Below are positions 44,062-54,978 of a stretch of DNA of 54,978 nucleotides, piece by piece. Origin of the DNA: Halothiobacillus neapolitanus (GTDB lineage Bacteria; Pseudomonadota; Gammaproteobacteria; Halothiobacillales; Halothiobacillaceae); contig DZCK01000002.1 in assembly GCA_022730245.1 (NCBI GenBank), positions 1 to 54,978 on the forward strand, given 5' to 3'. Under the pieces are notes generated by a model, which did no database searches, had not been told where the DNA came from, and saw only the letters and a list, made by a program, of their open reading frames with translations. Each line of letters starts with the position of its first letter. The first letter of the stretch is position 1. A program made the position numbers and the translations under genes.

Positions 44062-44451
44062 ATGGCTAAGTCTAATGCGCCAGCGCGCAAAAAAGTAAAG
44101 CGCGTGGTCACCGATGCGGTGGCTCATGTGCACGCTTCTTTTAATAATACGATCGTAACCATTACTGATCGTCAGGGTAATGCGCTTAGTTGGGCTACCT
44201 CAGGTGGGTCTGGTTTTCGTGGTTCACGCAAATCTACACCGTTTGCGGCTCAGGTGGCAGCAGAACGTGCGGGTGAGGCCGCTAAGGCTTATGGCGTCAA
44301 AAATATTGACGTTGAAATCAAGGGGCCAGGCCCTGGTCGCGAGTCGACCATCCGCGCGCTCAATTCAGTTGGTTTTAAAGTTGGTGTAATTACTGATGTG
44401 ACTCCGATTCCCCACAACGGTTGCCGCCCGCCCAAAAAGCGTCGTGTCTGA
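44062..44451 (+). CDS. rpsK: 30S ribosomal protein S11
   Basis: [25 protein letters not shown]. Confidence 0.99.
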   Translation: MAKSNAPARKKVKRVVTDAVAHVHASFNNTIVTITDRQGNALSWATSGGSGFRGSRKSTPFAAQVAAERAGEAAKAYGVKNIDVEIKGPGPGRESTIRALNSVGFKVGVITDVTPIPHNGCRPPKKRRV

Positions 44452-44464
44452 GAGGTATTAGATT

Positions 44465-45088
44465 ATGGCTCGTTATCTTGGTCCTAAATGTAAATTAAGT
44501 CGTCGCGAAGGCACAGATTTGTTGCTCAAATCGGGTGTTCGTTCGCACGAAGATAAATGTCATCATGCTACCGCTCCTGGTCAACACGGTGCAGCGCGCA
44601 AGCAAAAAGTATCTGACTACGGTGTGCAGTTACGGGAAAAACAAAAGCTTCGTCGTATTTACGGTGTGTTAGAGCGTCAGTTTGCGAATTACTTCAAAAA
44701 AGCGGCGCAATTAAAAGGTTCCACAGGTGAAAATCTGTTGCAGTTACTTGAATGCCGTCTTGACAATGTTGTGTATCGTATGGGTTTTGGCTCTACGCGC
44801 GCTGAGTCCCGTCAGCTTGTGTCGCATCGTTCAATCATGGTGAATGGGGCAATTGTTAATATTGCTTCATTTCAAGTGGCTGCTAATGATGTGGTGACCG
44901 TTCGTGAGGCTGCACGCAAGCAAGATCGTATTAAACTTTCTTTGGAGCTCGCCGCTCAGCGTCCGACTGTAGGCTGGGTTGATGTTGATTCAACTAAAAT
45001 GGAAGGTATTTTTAAATCCGCTCCTGCCCGTGATGAGTTGCCTGCTGAAATCAACGAATCTCTCGTTGTTGAGTTGTATTCTAAGTAA
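44465..45088 (+). CDS. rpsD: 30S ribosomal protein S4
   Basis: [25 protein letters not shown]. Confidence 0.99.
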   Translation: MARYLGPKCKLSRREGTDLLLKSGVRSHEDKCHHATAPGQHGAARKQKVSDYGVQLREKQKLRRIYGVLERQFANYFKKAAQLKGSTGENLLQLLECRLDNVVYRMGFGSTRAESRQLVSHRSIMVNGAIVNIASFQVAANDVVTVREAARKQDRIKLSLELAAQRPTVGWVDVDSTKMEGIFKSAPARDELPAEINESLVVELYSK

Positions 45089-45105
45089 TTTAACGGGGGT
45101 TCGAC

Positions 45106-46101
45106 ATGCAATTGGGTTCAACCGAGCTGCTTAAGCCACGATTAGTTGATGTCCAGGTTTTGGATTCAACGCGTGCCCGTGTTGTTTTAGAGCCGCTAGA
45201 GCGGGGATTCGGCTATACGCTGGGTAATGCTTTGCGGCGTATTCTGCTTTCATCGATTCCGGGTGTTGCGGTTACGGAAGCGGAAATTGAGGGTGTTGTT
45301 CATGAATACACGGCTATCGAAGGCGTGCATGAGGATGTTCTCGAGATTCTTTTAAACCTTAAGGGGTTGTCTGTGCTGCTGCATGGTCGTGATGAAGCGA
45401 CACTTAGTATTAAGAAAACTGGTGCTGGTGCTATTACTGCGGCGGATATTAAAGCAGATCATTCTGTCGAAATTATCAATCCAGAGCATCACATCGCAAC
45501 CTTAAATGATCAAGGCAGCTTGGTTATGACATTTAAGGTTCGGCGTGGTAAGGGTTATGTGCCGGCAAGCTCGCGTAGAGAAGAAGCCGGTGGTCAAATT
45601 GGCCGCCTGTTGGTTGATTCGTCTTTCTCTCCTTTGCGGCGTGTTTCTTATTCGGTAGAGCGTGCGCGTGTTGAGCAGCGCACCGATTTGGATTCGTTGG
45701 TGCTTGATATTGAGACCAATGGTTCAATTTCTGCCGAAGACGCTATTCGCCAGGCGGCAGGCATTTTGGTCGATCAACTGTCTGTTTTTGTTGATCTTAA
45801 AGCTGAAAAGTCTGAACCCGTTCTTGAGCAGGCGCCGACAGTCGATCCGATTTTATTGCGCCCTGTTGATGATTTGGAACTAACCGTACGTTCAGCTAAT
45901 TGCTTGAAAGCTGAGAATATTTATTATATCGGTGATTTGATTCAGCGTACTGAGATTGAGCTTCTGAAGACACCAAATTTGGGTAAGAAGTCTTTAACTG
46001 AAATTAAAGATATTCTTGCTAAACAAGGTTTGTCTTTGGGGCAGCGTCTTGAAAACTGGCCACCTGCGGAGCTTTTGAACCTTGCTGAGTCAAGAGTTTA
46101 A
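45106..46101 (+). CDS. rpoA: RNA polymerase alpha subunit
   Basis: [34 protein letters not shown]. Confidence 0.99.
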   Translation: MQLGSTELLKPRLVDVQVLDSTRARVVLEPLERGFGYTLGNALRRILLSSIPGVAVTEAEIEGVVHEYTAIEGVHEDVLEILLNLKGLSVLLHGRDEATLSIKKTGAGAITAADIKADHSVEIINPEHHIATLNDQGSLVMTFKVRRGKGYVPASSRREEAGGQIGRLLVDSSFSPLRRVSYSVERARVEQRTDLDSLVLDIETNGSISAEDAIRQAAGILVDQLSVFVDLKAEKSEPVLEQAPTVDPILLRPVDDLELTVRSANCLKAENIYYIGDLIQRTEIELLKTPNLGKKSLTEIKDILAKQGLSLGQRLENWPPAELLNLAESRV

Positions 46102-46130
46102 GGCTATTTGAATTTTTTGGGGTATTTGAC

Positions 46131-46508
46131 ATGCGTCATCGTTTATCTGGCCGTCAATTAGGTCGTAATTCTGCTCAACGTTCTGCGTTGATGCGTTCGT
46201 TAACCAATTCATTGCTTGAGCATGAATTAATTAAAACAACTTTACCTAAGGCTAAAGAGCTTCGTCGGTTTGCTGAGCCTTTAATTACGCTGGCCAAGGC
46301 TGATTCGGTTCATGCTCGCCGCTTGGCTTTTGCTCGCACCCGAAACAAGGAAATCGTCGGCAAGTTGTTTACTGACTTGGGTCCACGTTTTCAGTCTCGT
46401 CCTGGTGGGTATGTGCGTATTTTGAAATGTGGTAATCGTGCGGGTGATAATGCGCCGATGGCTTATGTTGAGTTGGTTGAGCGCTCGGTTAATACCGTGT
46501 CCGCTTAA
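46131..46508 (+). CDS. rplQ: 50S ribosomal protein L17
   Basis: [22 protein letters not shown]. Confidence 0.99.
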   Translation: MRHRLSGRQLGRNSAQRSALMRSLTNSLLEHELIKTTLPKAKELRRFAEPLITLAKADSVHARRLAFARTRNKEIVGKLFTDLGPRFQSRPGGYVRILKCGNRAGDNAPMAYVELVERSVNTVSA

Positions 46509-46523
46509 TATTTTAATACGTTA

Positions 46524-46557
46524 AACAAAGCCGGCAATTGCCGGCTTTGTTATTTTT
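46524..46557 (+). terminator. Terminator of the alpha operon
   Basis: Perfect 28-bp palindrome aacaaagccggc-aatt-gccggctttgtt followed by attttt. Confidence 0.85.
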
Positions 46558-46659
46558 GCCAAATTTTCTGGTATTTTATCCTCGTTCTAGTTGTTATTTT
46601 GTTTGGCCTTTGTCAGACTCAGTGCACATAGTTCGTTTTATTACTAATTGGGGATGCAG

Positions 46660-47322
46660 ATGGTTACTCAGGTTAAAAAGCTTGGCTTTCGTCAAACAGT
46701 TTTGGCGGTTGGTATTGTGTGTGGGCTAATGTCTGCTGGGGTGATGGCAGCTGATATGGGTACGGCTAATTCAGCGGCTGCGCCGAGTGCTCAGCCTGTA
46801 ATGCCTACTTTGTCTCCAGAGCAAATGAAATTAATGACTGATTTCAAGCAAACTCGGGAAGCCATGGACGCGCTTGAGCAACAGCTTCAGGGTATTGAAG
46901 CGAAAGCCTATGATAAAAACCCTAAGTTGGCTAAAGACCGCGATAGTTTGCGTGATGCGATTAAAGTGGCTATGTCGGACAAAACTTTTGATGCAGAAGC
47001 TAAATACAATGAGTTAAAGGCGCTTGTGACCAAAATTCAGGCTATGCCGGATTCTGATCCCCAAAAAGCTAAAGATATTCAATTGTTTCGCGCGGGACAG
47101 CAAGAGTTTGAGCAACGCCAAGAAAAGGCGTTCCAAGATCCTAAAATTCAGCAAAAATCAGAAAAGCTTCGTACCGATGTTCGCGCTGACATGATTAAAG
47201 TTGATCCTAAGTCGAAACAATTATTTCAAGATTTGGATGCTAAAGAAAAGCATATGCGTGATCTCCAGCAGCAGGCGATGCAGATGCATGGTGTTGAGCA
47301 GCCTGTAAGCCCCGCGAAATAA
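46660..47322 (+). CDS. Secreted alpha-helical hypothetical protein with two internal repeats
   Basis: Sec-type signal peptide (KK..AVGIVCGLMSAGVMA-A), K/Q/D/E/M-rich helical body, own terminator. Start ATG 46660 or 46654. Confidence 0.8.
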   Translation: MVTQVKKLGFRQTVLAVGIVCGLMSAGVMAADMGTANSAAAPSAQPVMPTLSPEQMKLMTDFKQTREAMDALEQQLQGIEAKAYDKNPKLAKDRDSLRDAIKVAMSDKTFDAEAKYNELKALVTKIQAMPDSDPQKAKDIQLFRAGQQEFEQRQEKAFQDPKIQQKSEKLRTDVRADMIKVDPKSKQLFQDLDAKEKHMRDLQQQAMQMHGVEQPVSPAK

Positions 47323-47341
47323 TTGCGATTGGCTTAAAGAT

Positions 47342-47365
47342 AAACCCGCTTCGGCGGGTTTTTTT
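47342..47365. terminator. Terminator between the hypothetical gene and convergent uvrB
   Basis: aaacccgc-ttcg-gcgggttttttt with a C(UUCG)G loop. Confidence 0.85.
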
Positions 47366-47411
47366 GTGGCTATTCCAGCCTGTTTGGGATTTCCCGAGTA
47401 GGCAGGCTTTT

Positions 47412-49478
47412 TTAGACTGCATCTAGGCTGATAAGCTGTTCTCGCCATTGATGAATCTCATCACGAATTTTTCCCGCTTGTTCAAATTCGAGATCACGCG
47501 CAAGGCGGTACATTTGGGATTCTAGCTCTTTTAGGTGTTTGAGAATTTGATCTTGTGTTTGCGGCAAGGGTGTTGTTGCCTTGTTGTCTAATAGAGCTCC
47601 TGCGTTTCTACTTTTTTGCGTATTGGGTTTTGATCCCGGGATTCGGTAATCACCGGATTGCAGGATGTCATCAACCCGTTTGTTAATGCCTTTGGGCGTA
47701 ATGCCGTAGTCCAAATTATGTTGGATTTGCTTGATTCGCCGTCGATCCGTTTCATCAATCGCTTTCTTCATGGCCGGTGTGATTCGATCGGCATAGAGGA
47801 TGGCTTTGCCTTCAAGGTTGCGGGCGGCGCGGCCAATGGTTTGTATTAAAGAGCGTTCGGAGCGTAAAAACCCCTCTTTATCGGCGTCAAAGATGGCGAC
47901 AAGTGATACTTCGGGGATATCCAAGCCTTCGCGGAGTAAATTGATGCCAATTAGGGCGTCAAACACGCCGAGCCTTAAATCACGGATAATTTCAACGCGT
48001 TCCACGGTATCAATATCCGAGTGCAGGTAGCGCGCGCGCACGTCATGCTCGCTTAAGTAGTCGGCTAAATCTTCGGCCATTCGTTTTGTGAGCGTGGTGA
48101 TGAGCACGCGCTCGCCGCGACTGGCGCGCTGTCGAATTTCTGACAAGACATCATCTACTTGGCTTGCCACGGGGCGAATTTCAATGAGGGGGTCTACAAG
48201 CCCCGTGGGTCGCACGACTTGCTCTACGATTTGTGCCGAATTTAAACCCTCATAATTTCCTGGTGTGGCGGATACATGAATGGTTTGCGGCATCATGCGT
48301 TCAAATTCATTAAATTGCAGTGGGCGATTATCCAGTGCCGAGGGCAGACGAAAGCCAAAATTAACTAATGTTTCTTTGCGCGAGCGATCACCTTTATACA
48401 TGGCGCCCAATTGCGGCACGGTAACATGGGATTCATCAATAATCAGCAGGGCATCTGCGGGCAAGTAATCATATAAACAGGGTGGGGGTTCCCCAATGAG
48501 GCGGCCAGATAAATAACGTGAATAGTTTTCGATCCCGTTGCAGTAGCCAAGTTCATGCATCATTTCGACATCAAACCGAACGCGCTGAGCCAGCCTTTGG
48601 GCTTCAACCAATTTATTTTCGGCTTCCAAGATGCTTAGCCGGTCTTTGAGTTCGAGTTTAATCGATTCGACCGCAGCTAAAATTCGCTCTCGAGGGGTGA
48701 CGTAGTGCGAGGAGGGATAGAGGGTGAATCGGGGTAAGCGGCGTCGAATCGCGCCCGTTAATGGGTCGAAGATTGAAATCTGCTCAATTTCATCATCAAA
48801 AAGCTCAATGCGAACCCCTTCGTCATCGGACTCTGCGGGGTGTATATCGATCACATCACCGCGAACTCGGTAGGTGCCGCGCCGAAACTCGAGATCATTG
48901 CGGGTGTATTGCATCTCTGCCAAGCGGCGCACAATGTGACGTTGCTCGGCTTTTTCACCGCGAACCAAATGCAAAATCATTTTTAAGTAGGCATCTGGAT
49001 CGCCTAATCCGTAAATGGATGACACGGTAGCGACGATGATGACATCGCGGCGCTCAAGCAGAGATTTGGTAGCCGAGAGCCGCATCTGCTCGATGTGCTC
49101 ATTAACGGAAGCATCTTTTTCAATGAACGTGTCCGAAGCGGGGACATAGGCTTCCGGTTGATAGTAATCATAATAAGAGACAAAGTATTCAACCGCGTTG
49201 TGGGGAAAAAATCCCTTTAACTCACCATAAAGCTGTGCCGCTAGGGTTTTATTGGGTGCGAGAACCAAGGCAGGGCGTTGCAGGCGATAGATGACATTGG
49301 CCACGGTGAAGGTTTTACCCGAGCCTGTTACCCCCAGCAGCGTTTGTTGCGCCAAGCCATCATTGAGGCCTTCAATCAGGCGTTCGATGGCAGCGGGCTG
49401 ATCGCCGGCCGGTTGATAATTAGTTACGAGTTCAAAGCGTGAGTCTTGCATAGGCTTGAAGTATAGAGGATTGGTCAT
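47412..49478 (-). CDS. uvrB: Excinuclease ABC subunit B
   Basis: [36 protein letters not shown]-terminal UVR domain. Confidence 0.98.
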   Translation of the reverse strand: MTNPLYFKPMQDSRFELVTNYQPAGDQPAAIERLIEGLNDGLAQQTLLGVTGSGKTFTVANVIYRLQRPALVLAPNKTLAAQLYGELKGFFPHNAVEYFVSYYDYYQPEAYVPASDTFIEKDASVNEHIEQMRLSATKSLLERRDVIIVATVSSIYGLGDPDAYLKMILHLVRGEKAEQRHIVRRLAEMQYTRNDLEFRRGTYRVRGDVIDIHPAESDDEGVRIELFDDEIEQISIFDPLTGAIRRRLPRFTLYPSSHYVTPRERILAAVESIKLELKDRLSILEAENKLVEAQRLAQRVRFDVEMMHELGYCNGIENYSRYLSGRLIGEPPPCLYDYLPADALLIIDESHVTVPQLGAMYKGDRSRKETLVNFGFRLPSALDNRPLQFNEFERMMPQTIHVSATPGNYEGLNSAQIVEQVVRPTGLVDPLIEIRPVASQVDDVLSEIRQRASRGERVLITTLTKRMAEDLADYLSEHDVRARYLHSDIDTVERVEIIRDLRLGVFDALIGINLLREGLDIPEVSLVAIFDADKEGFLRSERSLIQTIGRAARNLEGKAILYADRITPAMKKAIDETDRRRIKQIQHNLDYGITPKGINKRVDDILQSGDYRIPGSKPNTQKSRNAGALLDNKATTPLPQTQDQILKHLKELESQMYRLARDLEFEQAGKIRDEIHQWREQLISLDAV

Positions 49479-49628
49479 CGGTTATCGGTTGAAATGGATT
49501 ATCATGCTAAATTGAATCAATAAATAGATAGCAAGTGACCAGCGCATTTTGGTGTGCTCGCTTAAGAACTCGGGTTGGTTTTAGTTTTGCCCCCGATTTA
49601 ATCCACGTTTTAAAAGATTAAGGTTTCC

Positions 49629-52070
49629 ATGACCCAAGAGACGGTAAATGATCCGAACGCAGTCCAAGAGGCTGAAAAGTACGATAATCCAGTAGCAAGC
49701 CGCGAATTTATTTTGCAATTGCTGTCCGAGCACGATGGGCCTTTAACGCTCAATCGTATGATTAGCCACCTTTTGTATGATGGTGATGAGGAGCGGATTG
49801 AAGGCCTGAGCCGTCGTCTGCGCGCTATGGAGCGGGATGGTCAGGTTATTCGTAATCGCCGAGGCGGTTACGTGCCGGTCACTCATGCTGAGTTGGTGCG
49901 GGGGCGAGTGCTGGGTCATCGGGATGGTTTTGGTTTTCTGGTGCCCGACGAAGGCGGCGACGATGTGTTTCTCTCGCCTCGCGTCATGCGGGCACTGCTG
50001 AACGGCGATCGTGCCGTGGTGCAAGTCACAGGTTTGGATCGCCGGGGGCGCCGTGAAGGTAACCTCGTTGAGGTGATTGAGCGCGCGAATGCCGAGATTG
50101 TCGGGCGGATTGTGCTGGAAGCGGGTATCGCGTTTGTGGTGCCCGATCACGCGCGTATGACGCAAGATGTGCTCATACCGATGACGGATTTAAACGGCGC
50201 GCGTGATGGCCAGATTGTGCGCGTTGCCTTGGTCGAACAGCCCACATTGCGGCACAAGCCCGTGGGTAAAGTCGTCGAAGTGCTGGGCGACCACATGTCC
50301 CCCGGTATGGAAATTGATGTGGCTATTAATTCTCACGGCATCCCGCATGAATGGCCAGAGGCGGTGTTATCGGCAATTGATGGCTTGAATCCGCAGGTGA
50401 GCGAAGCCGATAAATCGGGTCGAGTCGATTTGCGGCATTTGCCGTTGGTCACGATTGATGGCGCCGATTCTAAAGATTTTGATGATGCAGTGTACTGCCA
50501 TCCCGTGCCGGAAGGCTTTCGGTTGTTAGTGGCCATTGCGGATGTTAGCCATTATGTTCGCGTGGGCTCGCCGCTTGATCGGGAAGGCTTTAATCGAGCA
50601 ACCTCAGTGTATTTCCCTGGGCGCGTTGTGCCGATGCTGCCTGAGATTTTATCGAATGGGTTGTGTTCGCTTAATCCGGCCGTGGATCGTTTGTGTCTCT
50701 GTGCTGATATGGTGATTAACCCCGATGGCAAACTGGTTAAGTTCCGCTTTTTTGAGGGCGTGATGCGCTCTGCGGCGCGGTTAACTTATGATTTGGTTGC
50801 CAAAATTCTGGTCGAGCAAGCCCCCGATGCGCGAGCAGAGCACGCGGCGCTGCTTGAGCCGCTCGAATCATTGTATTCAGTCTATCGTGTGCTGCGCGCC
50901 GAGCGTGACAGGCGTGGTGCCATTGATTTTGAAACGGTGGAAACCCGCATTGTCTTTGGCGAGGGGCGAAAAATTGAGGCCATCGTGCCTTATGAGCGCA
51001 ACGATGCGCATAAAATTATCGAAGAATGCATGATTGCCGCGAACGTGGCGGCGGGTCGATTTGTTTCTGACCAAAAAATTCCGGCGCTGTTTCGTGTGCA
51101 CGATCGCCCCACGGCAGAAAAAATCACCGATTTGCGCAGTATGCTGACCGAAAAAGGCTTGTCGTTGGGCGGTGGTGATGAGCCCAAACCGCGCGATTTC
51201 AATGCCCTGCTCAATGGAATACAAGGGCGGCCTGATTTTCTCACCATTCAAACCATGATTTTGCGCTCATTGCGTCAAGCGGTGTATTCACCAAACAATC
51301 TGGGGCATTTTGGGCTTGCGCATGAGTTTTATGCGCACTTCACCTCGCCGATTCGCCGCTACCCCGATTTAATGGTGCATCGAGCCATTCGGCATGTATT
51401 GCGCACCGGCGGTGCCGAGAAATTTCCTTACAGCCACGATGAGGTGGTCATTATTGGTGAGCATTGCTCCAATAATGAGCGCCGTGCCGATGAAGCGACC
51501 CGCGATGCCACCGATTGGCTCAAATGCGAATTTATGCTGGATAAAGTGGGCGAGGTATTTGCTGGGCGCGTATCGTCGGTCTTAGGTTTCGGTCTATTTA
51601 TTGAGCTGAAAGACTTCTTCGTTGAAGGTTTGTTGCATATTACGGCGCTCACGAAAGATTATTACCATTTTGATCCCGCCACCTTGTCTTTGCGCGGCGA
51701 GCGATCAGGGCGTGTGTATGCGCTCAATGATGACATTCGTGTTCGTGTAGCACGCGTGGATCTAGATGAGCGGAAAATCGACTTTGTCCTGCCCGATGAT
51801 GCCGATGCGATGGATGATGCCGACTTTGACGATGAGCCGGATCAAGAGGGCGATGAGGATGCCGATGCCGATAAAAAGAAACGCAAACCCCGCCGTCGCC
51901 GCCGTAAAAAACCAACGGATGAAACCAATGCGCCTGCCGATGTTTCGGCCGAAACGGCGCTCTCTGGTGAGCTTTTAGCGCCCGAGCCCGCCCTTTCGAC
52001 CGCACCTGTGGCGACAACGATTGAACCGGTTATTGAGCGCAGCCCCGCGCGCGATGACGAGGCGCGCTAG
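49629..52070 (+). CDS. rnr: Ribonuclease R
   Basis: N-terminal HTH and CSD (HRDGFGF), TIDGADSKDFDDA, HFTSPIRRYPDL, S1 domain, basic tail. Confidence 0.97.
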   Translation: MTQETVNDPNAVQEAEKYDNPVASREFILQLLSEHDGPLTLNRMISHLLYDGDEERIEGLSRRLRAMERDGQVIRNRRGGYVPVTHAELVRGRVLGHRDGFGFLVPDEGGDDVFLSPRVMRALLNGDRAVVQVTGLDRRGRREGNLVEVIERANAEIVGRIVLEAGIAFVVPDHARMTQDVLIPMTDLNGARDGQIVRVALVEQPTLRHKPVGKVVEVLGDHMSPGMEIDVAINSHGIPHEWPEAVLSAIDGLNPQVSEADKSGRVDLRHLPLVTIDGADSKDFDDAVYCHPVPEGFRLLVAIADVSHYVRVGSPLDREGFNRATSVYFPGRVVPMLPEILSNGLCSLNPAVDRLCLCADMVINPDGKLVKFRFFEGVMRSAARLTYDLVAKILVEQAPDARAEHAALLEPLESLYSVYRVLRAERDRRGAIDFETVETRIVFGEGRKIEAIVPYERNDAHKIIEECMIAANVAAGRFVSDQKIPALFRVHDRPTAEKITDLRSMLTEKGLSLGGGDEPKPRDFNALLNGIQGRPDFLTIQTMILRSLRQAVYSPNNLGHFGLAHEFYAHFTSPIRRYPDLMVHRAIRHVLRTGGAEKFPYSHDEVVIIGEHCSNNERRADEATRDATDWLKCEFMLDKVGEVFAGRVSSVLGFGLFIELKDFFVEGLLHITALTKDYYHFDPATLSLRGERSGRVYALNDDIRVRVARVDLDERKIDFVLPDDADAMDDADFDDEPDQEGDEDADADKKKRKPRRRRRKKPTDETNAPADVSAETALSGELLAPEPALSTAPVATTIEPVIERSPARDDEAR

Positions 52071-52072
52071 GT

Positions 52073-52873
52073 ATGGCCGATCGTCGCGCTCCGGCCACAA
52101 CGCAATGGCTCAGCGGTTTTCATGCGGTTGAAGCCGCATTGCAGCATGATCCTGCGCGGGTTTTATCGGTGATTTTCGAGCAAGGCCGGCAAGATAAGCG
52201 CGCGCAGCTCTTGCGCCAATTGGCGCAAGCTCAGGGCGTATCTATTGAAGAAGCCCCTGAAAAAGTATTTGCAGATCGGGTGCGTGCCGATAAAGAATTG
52301 GCGCGACATCAAGGGGTCTTGGCGCGTTATCAGCCTGCGCCGGCGGGCAATGAGCACGATTTATTTGCGCTGCTGGATGGTTTAAATGAGCCCGCTTTTT
52401 TGCTGGTGCTCGATGGTGTGACCGACCCGCATAACTTGGGCGCGTGTCTTCGTAGTGCGGAAGCGGCCGGTGTACATGCCGTGATCGCGCCGAAAGATCG
52501 GGCGGTGGGGTTAACGCCAACAGCACGCAAATCTGCTTCTGGCGCGGCTGAGCGCGTCCCGTTTATTCAGGTCACCAATTTGGCGCGCACACTCGGCGAG
52601 CTTAAAGAGCGAAACATTTGGATTGTAGGTGCCGCCGGCGGTGGGATGGTTGGCCTATATGAAACAGATTTTGCGGCGGAGCCGGTCGCTTTAGTGATGG
52701 GGAGCGAGGGCGAGGGGCTGCGCCGCTTAACCCAAGAGCATTGCGATCAGTTGATCTACATCCCGATGCGCCCGCCCGTTGAAAGCCTGAATGTTTCGGT
52801 GGCGGCAGCGGTTTGTTTATTTGAGTTTCGTCGCGTTCGAGATTTAAGCCGTCTGCCCATGGCAGAAATCTAA
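52073..52873 (+). CDS. rlmB: 23S rRNA Gm2251 methyltransferase
   Basis: HQGV, DGVTDPHNLGACLR, MGSEGEG, ESLNVSVA; rnr-rlmB synteny. Confidence 0.93.
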   Translation: MADRRAPATTQWLSGFHAVEAALQHDPARVLSVIFEQGRQDKRAQLLRQLAQAQGVSIEEAPEKVFADRVRADKELARHQGVLARYQPAPAGNEHDLFALLDGLNEPAFLLVLDGVTDPHNLGACLRSAEAAGVHAVIAPKDRAVGLTPTARKSASGAAERVPFIQVTNLARTLGELKERNIWIVGAAGGGMVGLYETDFAAEPVALVMGSEGEGLRRLTQEHCDQLIYIPMRPPVESLNVSVAAAVCLFEFRRVRDLSRLPMAEI

Positions 52874-52993
52874 AAGCGCTACCGGCCTTGGGGCGATTTC
52901 GGTACCATATCGGGCTATTTAATTTGTGTTTTTCGCACAGGGTTTTTTGTTGAGCGTAGCCCACCTCACAATCCTTGGGAGTTTTTTTCGATC

Positions 52994-54169
52994 ATGATCC
53001 TTTCAGACCGGGTACGCCGCGTGCGCCCATCGCCCACTTTGGCTGTGGCGGCAAAAGCTGCTGAATTAAAAGCGCTTGGCCGAGACATTATTAGCTTGGG
53101 GGCAGGGGAGCCAGATTTTGATACCCCCGAGCCGATTCGCGCCGCCGCTATTGATGCGATTAACGCCGGCTTTACTCGGTATACGGCTGTCGAAGGAATT
53201 TTGAGCTTGCGCCAAGCCATTGCCAAGCGTTTGCGTGATGACCAAGGGCTTAATTACGCACCGAATGAAATTATCGTGTCTACCGGCGGCAAGCAAAGTA
53301 TCTATAACCTGTTCCAAGCCCTGCTGAACACGGGGGACGAGGTAATTATCCCCGCGCCGTTTTGGGTTTCCTACCCCGATATGGTGCTTTTAGCGGGGGG
53401 CGAGCCGGTCATCGTTCTGGCAGGGCAAGAGCAGGGTTTTAAGCTCACGCCCGCGCAGTTAGCGGCGGCTATCACCGAAAAAACCCGCATCGTGATGTTC
53501 AATAGCCCATCGAATCCCACCGGCGTGGCCTACACGCAGCAAGACTGGGCGGCCATGGCGGAAGTGCTGCGTTTGCATCCCAAGGTGCTGATTGCGACCG
53601 ATGATATGTACGAGAAAATTCTGTGGTCGGCAGAACCGTTCTCGAATATCGCCATGGCGGCACCCGATTTATTGCCTCGGATCATTGTCTTGAACGGCGT
53701 CAGCAAGGCCTATGCGATGACCGGTTGGCGAATCGGCTATGCGGCAGGTCCCGCGCCCCTGATTAAAGCGATGAACACCATTCAATCGCAAAGTACGTCG
53801 AGCGCCTGCTCTATCGCCCAAGTAGCCGCACAGGCGGCGATTGAAGGCGATCAATCTGAAATTCAAATGATGGTGCTGTCATTCAAGGCGCGGCATGATT
53901 TCGTGGTGGCACGCCTCAATGAAATCCGCGATGTTGTGTGCTTGCCCAGCCAAGGGGCGTTTTATAGTTTTCCCGATGTGCGCGGGGTTATCGCCCGCCT
54001 GAATCTGGCAGATGACGTAGCTTTGAGTGAACTCCTGCTGGAAAAGGCCGGTGTTGCCGTCGTGCCTGGCACTGCTTTTGGCGCACCGGGGTACATTCGC
54101 CTGAGTTACGCCACCAGCATGGCCGCGTTGGAAGAAGCTCTGCGGCGCATGGCCGCCGTGATGGGTTAG
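52994..54169 (+). CDS. PLP-dependent class I/II aminotransferase (aspartate aminotransferase-like)
   Basis: [38 protein letters not shown]. Confidence 0.9.
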   Translation: MILSDRVRRVRPSPTLAVAAKAAELKALGRDIISLGAGEPDFDTPEPIRAAAIDAINAGFTRYTAVEGILSLRQAIAKRLRDDQGLNYAPNEIIVSTGGKQSIYNLFQALLNTGDEVIIPAPFWVSYPDMVLLAGGEPVIVLAGQEQGFKLTPAQLAAAITEKTRIVMFNSPSNPTGVAYTQQDWAAMAEVLRLHPKVLIATDDMYEKILWSAEPFSNIAMAAPDLLPRIIVLNGVSKAYAMTGWRIGYAAGPAPLIKAMNTIQSQSTSSACSIAQVAAQAAIEGDQSEIQMMVLSFKARHDFVVARLNEIRDVVCLPSQGAFYSFPDVRGVIARLNLADDVALSELLLEKAGVAVVPGTAFGAPGYIRLSYATSMAALEEALRRMAAVMG

Positions 54170-54335
54170 CAGCCGGTCGGACTTTAGGGGAATCGGCTGC
54201 AAATCCATCGGGACAGCTCATATTTCACCGCTTTTTTGGGTAATAGAACCCGCTATTACCCTGCAAAATCGGCAAAATATACCCATCGCCCAGCTCGATG
54301 TTCGCTACGATTCTATAAGTCCGGCCGTCTGCTGG
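54166..54335. mobile_element. MITE-like palindromic dispersed repeat, copy 2
   Basis: Imperfect terminal inverted repeats agcagccggtcggactt ... aagtccggccgtctgct; central hairpin gggtaatag-aacccg-ctattaccc; homologous to 6567-6726. Confidence 0.78.
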
Positions 54336-54386
54336 TGTGGTTTATTCGCAATTTGCATTAATGCTATTTTAATAAAGGTATCCCCC

Positions 54387-54978
54387 ATGGACGAAAATCG
54401 TAAAAAAGCCCTAACGGCCGCCTTAAGTCAGATTGAGCGCCAATTTGGCAAAGGCGCCGTGATGCGGATGAACGACACGGCAGGCGTTGATGTGCCCGTC
54501 GTGAGCACAGGCTCAATTGCTTTGGATGCAGCGTTGGGGATCGGCGGTTTACCGCGCGGCCGCGTAATTGAAATTTACGGACCCGAGTCTTCGGGTAAAA
54601 CCACGCTCACCTTGCAGGTAATTGCCCAGGCGCAAAAAACCGGTGGTGTGTGTGCATTTGTAGATGCCGAGCACGCGCTTGACCCCACTTATGCCCAAAA
54701 ATTGGGCGTGAATGTGGATGATTTGTTGGTTAGCCAGCCGGATACCGGTGAGCAGGCGCTCGAAATTACCGACATGCTCGTGCGCTCGGGCGCGGTGGAT
54801 GTGGTAGTGATCGATTCGGTGGCCGCCCTCGTGCCCAAGGCAGAAATTGAAGGCGAAATGGGCGATACCCATGTCGGTTTGCAAGCACGATTAATGAGCC
54901 AAGCCTTGCGCAAACTCACAGGTAATATTAAGCGCACCAACTGCATGGTGATTTTTATTAACCAAATCCGCATGAAAA
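54387..54978 (+). CDS. recA: Recombinase RecA (partial, runs off the window)
   Basis: Own translation: [71 protein letters not shown]; absent from the ORF track because it has no stop in the window. Confidence 0.98.
   Translation, partial: MDENRKKALTAALSQIERQFGKGAVMRMNDTAGVDVPVVSTGSIALDAALGIGGLPRGRVIEIYGPESSGKTTLTLQVIAQAQKTGGVCAFVDAEHALDPTYAQKLGVNVDDLLVSQPDTGEQALEITDMLVRSGAVDVVVIDSVAALVPKAEIEGEMGDTHVGLQARLMSQALRKLTGNIKRTNCMVIFINQIRMK

Overview
A mostly housekeeping window from a gammaproteobacterium. The persulfide dioxygenase/SQR pair, the RpoB insert and the gene order suggest a sulfur oxidiser, possibly Halothiobacillus-like; this is inference, not a database result. Bases 1-14.8 kb hold amgK, a pdo-sqr pair, a PAP2 phosphatase, recQ, and a coupled run of hypothetical membrane protein, mpl, LON-N protein, thioredoxin, AEC transporter, slyD, M61 peptidase, birA and coaX. 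Bases 14.8-46.5 kb are an uninterrupted transcription/translation supercluster: tRNA-Thr/Tyr/Gly/Thr, tuf, tRNA-Trp, secE, nusG, rplKAJL, rpoBC, rpsLG, fusA, a second tuf, and the S10, spc and alpha operons, with no rpmJ. Bases 46.6-55 kb hold a secreted alpha-helical hypothetical protein, uvrB, rnr, rlmB, an aminotransferase and a 3'-truncated recA. I see no prophage, CRISPR, defence island or full-length transposase, and no large novel multi-gene system. The best leads are: (1) two diverged copies, 48 kb apart, of a ~160 bp palindromic MITE-like element, lying upstream of recQ/mpl and of recA; (2) a promoter plus two-hairpin leader between rpsJ and rplC; (3) an ETHE1-type PDO paired with a type VI-like SQR; (4) reversed strand/codon bias inside the two near-identical tuf genes; (5) an internally repeated secreted protein after rplQ.
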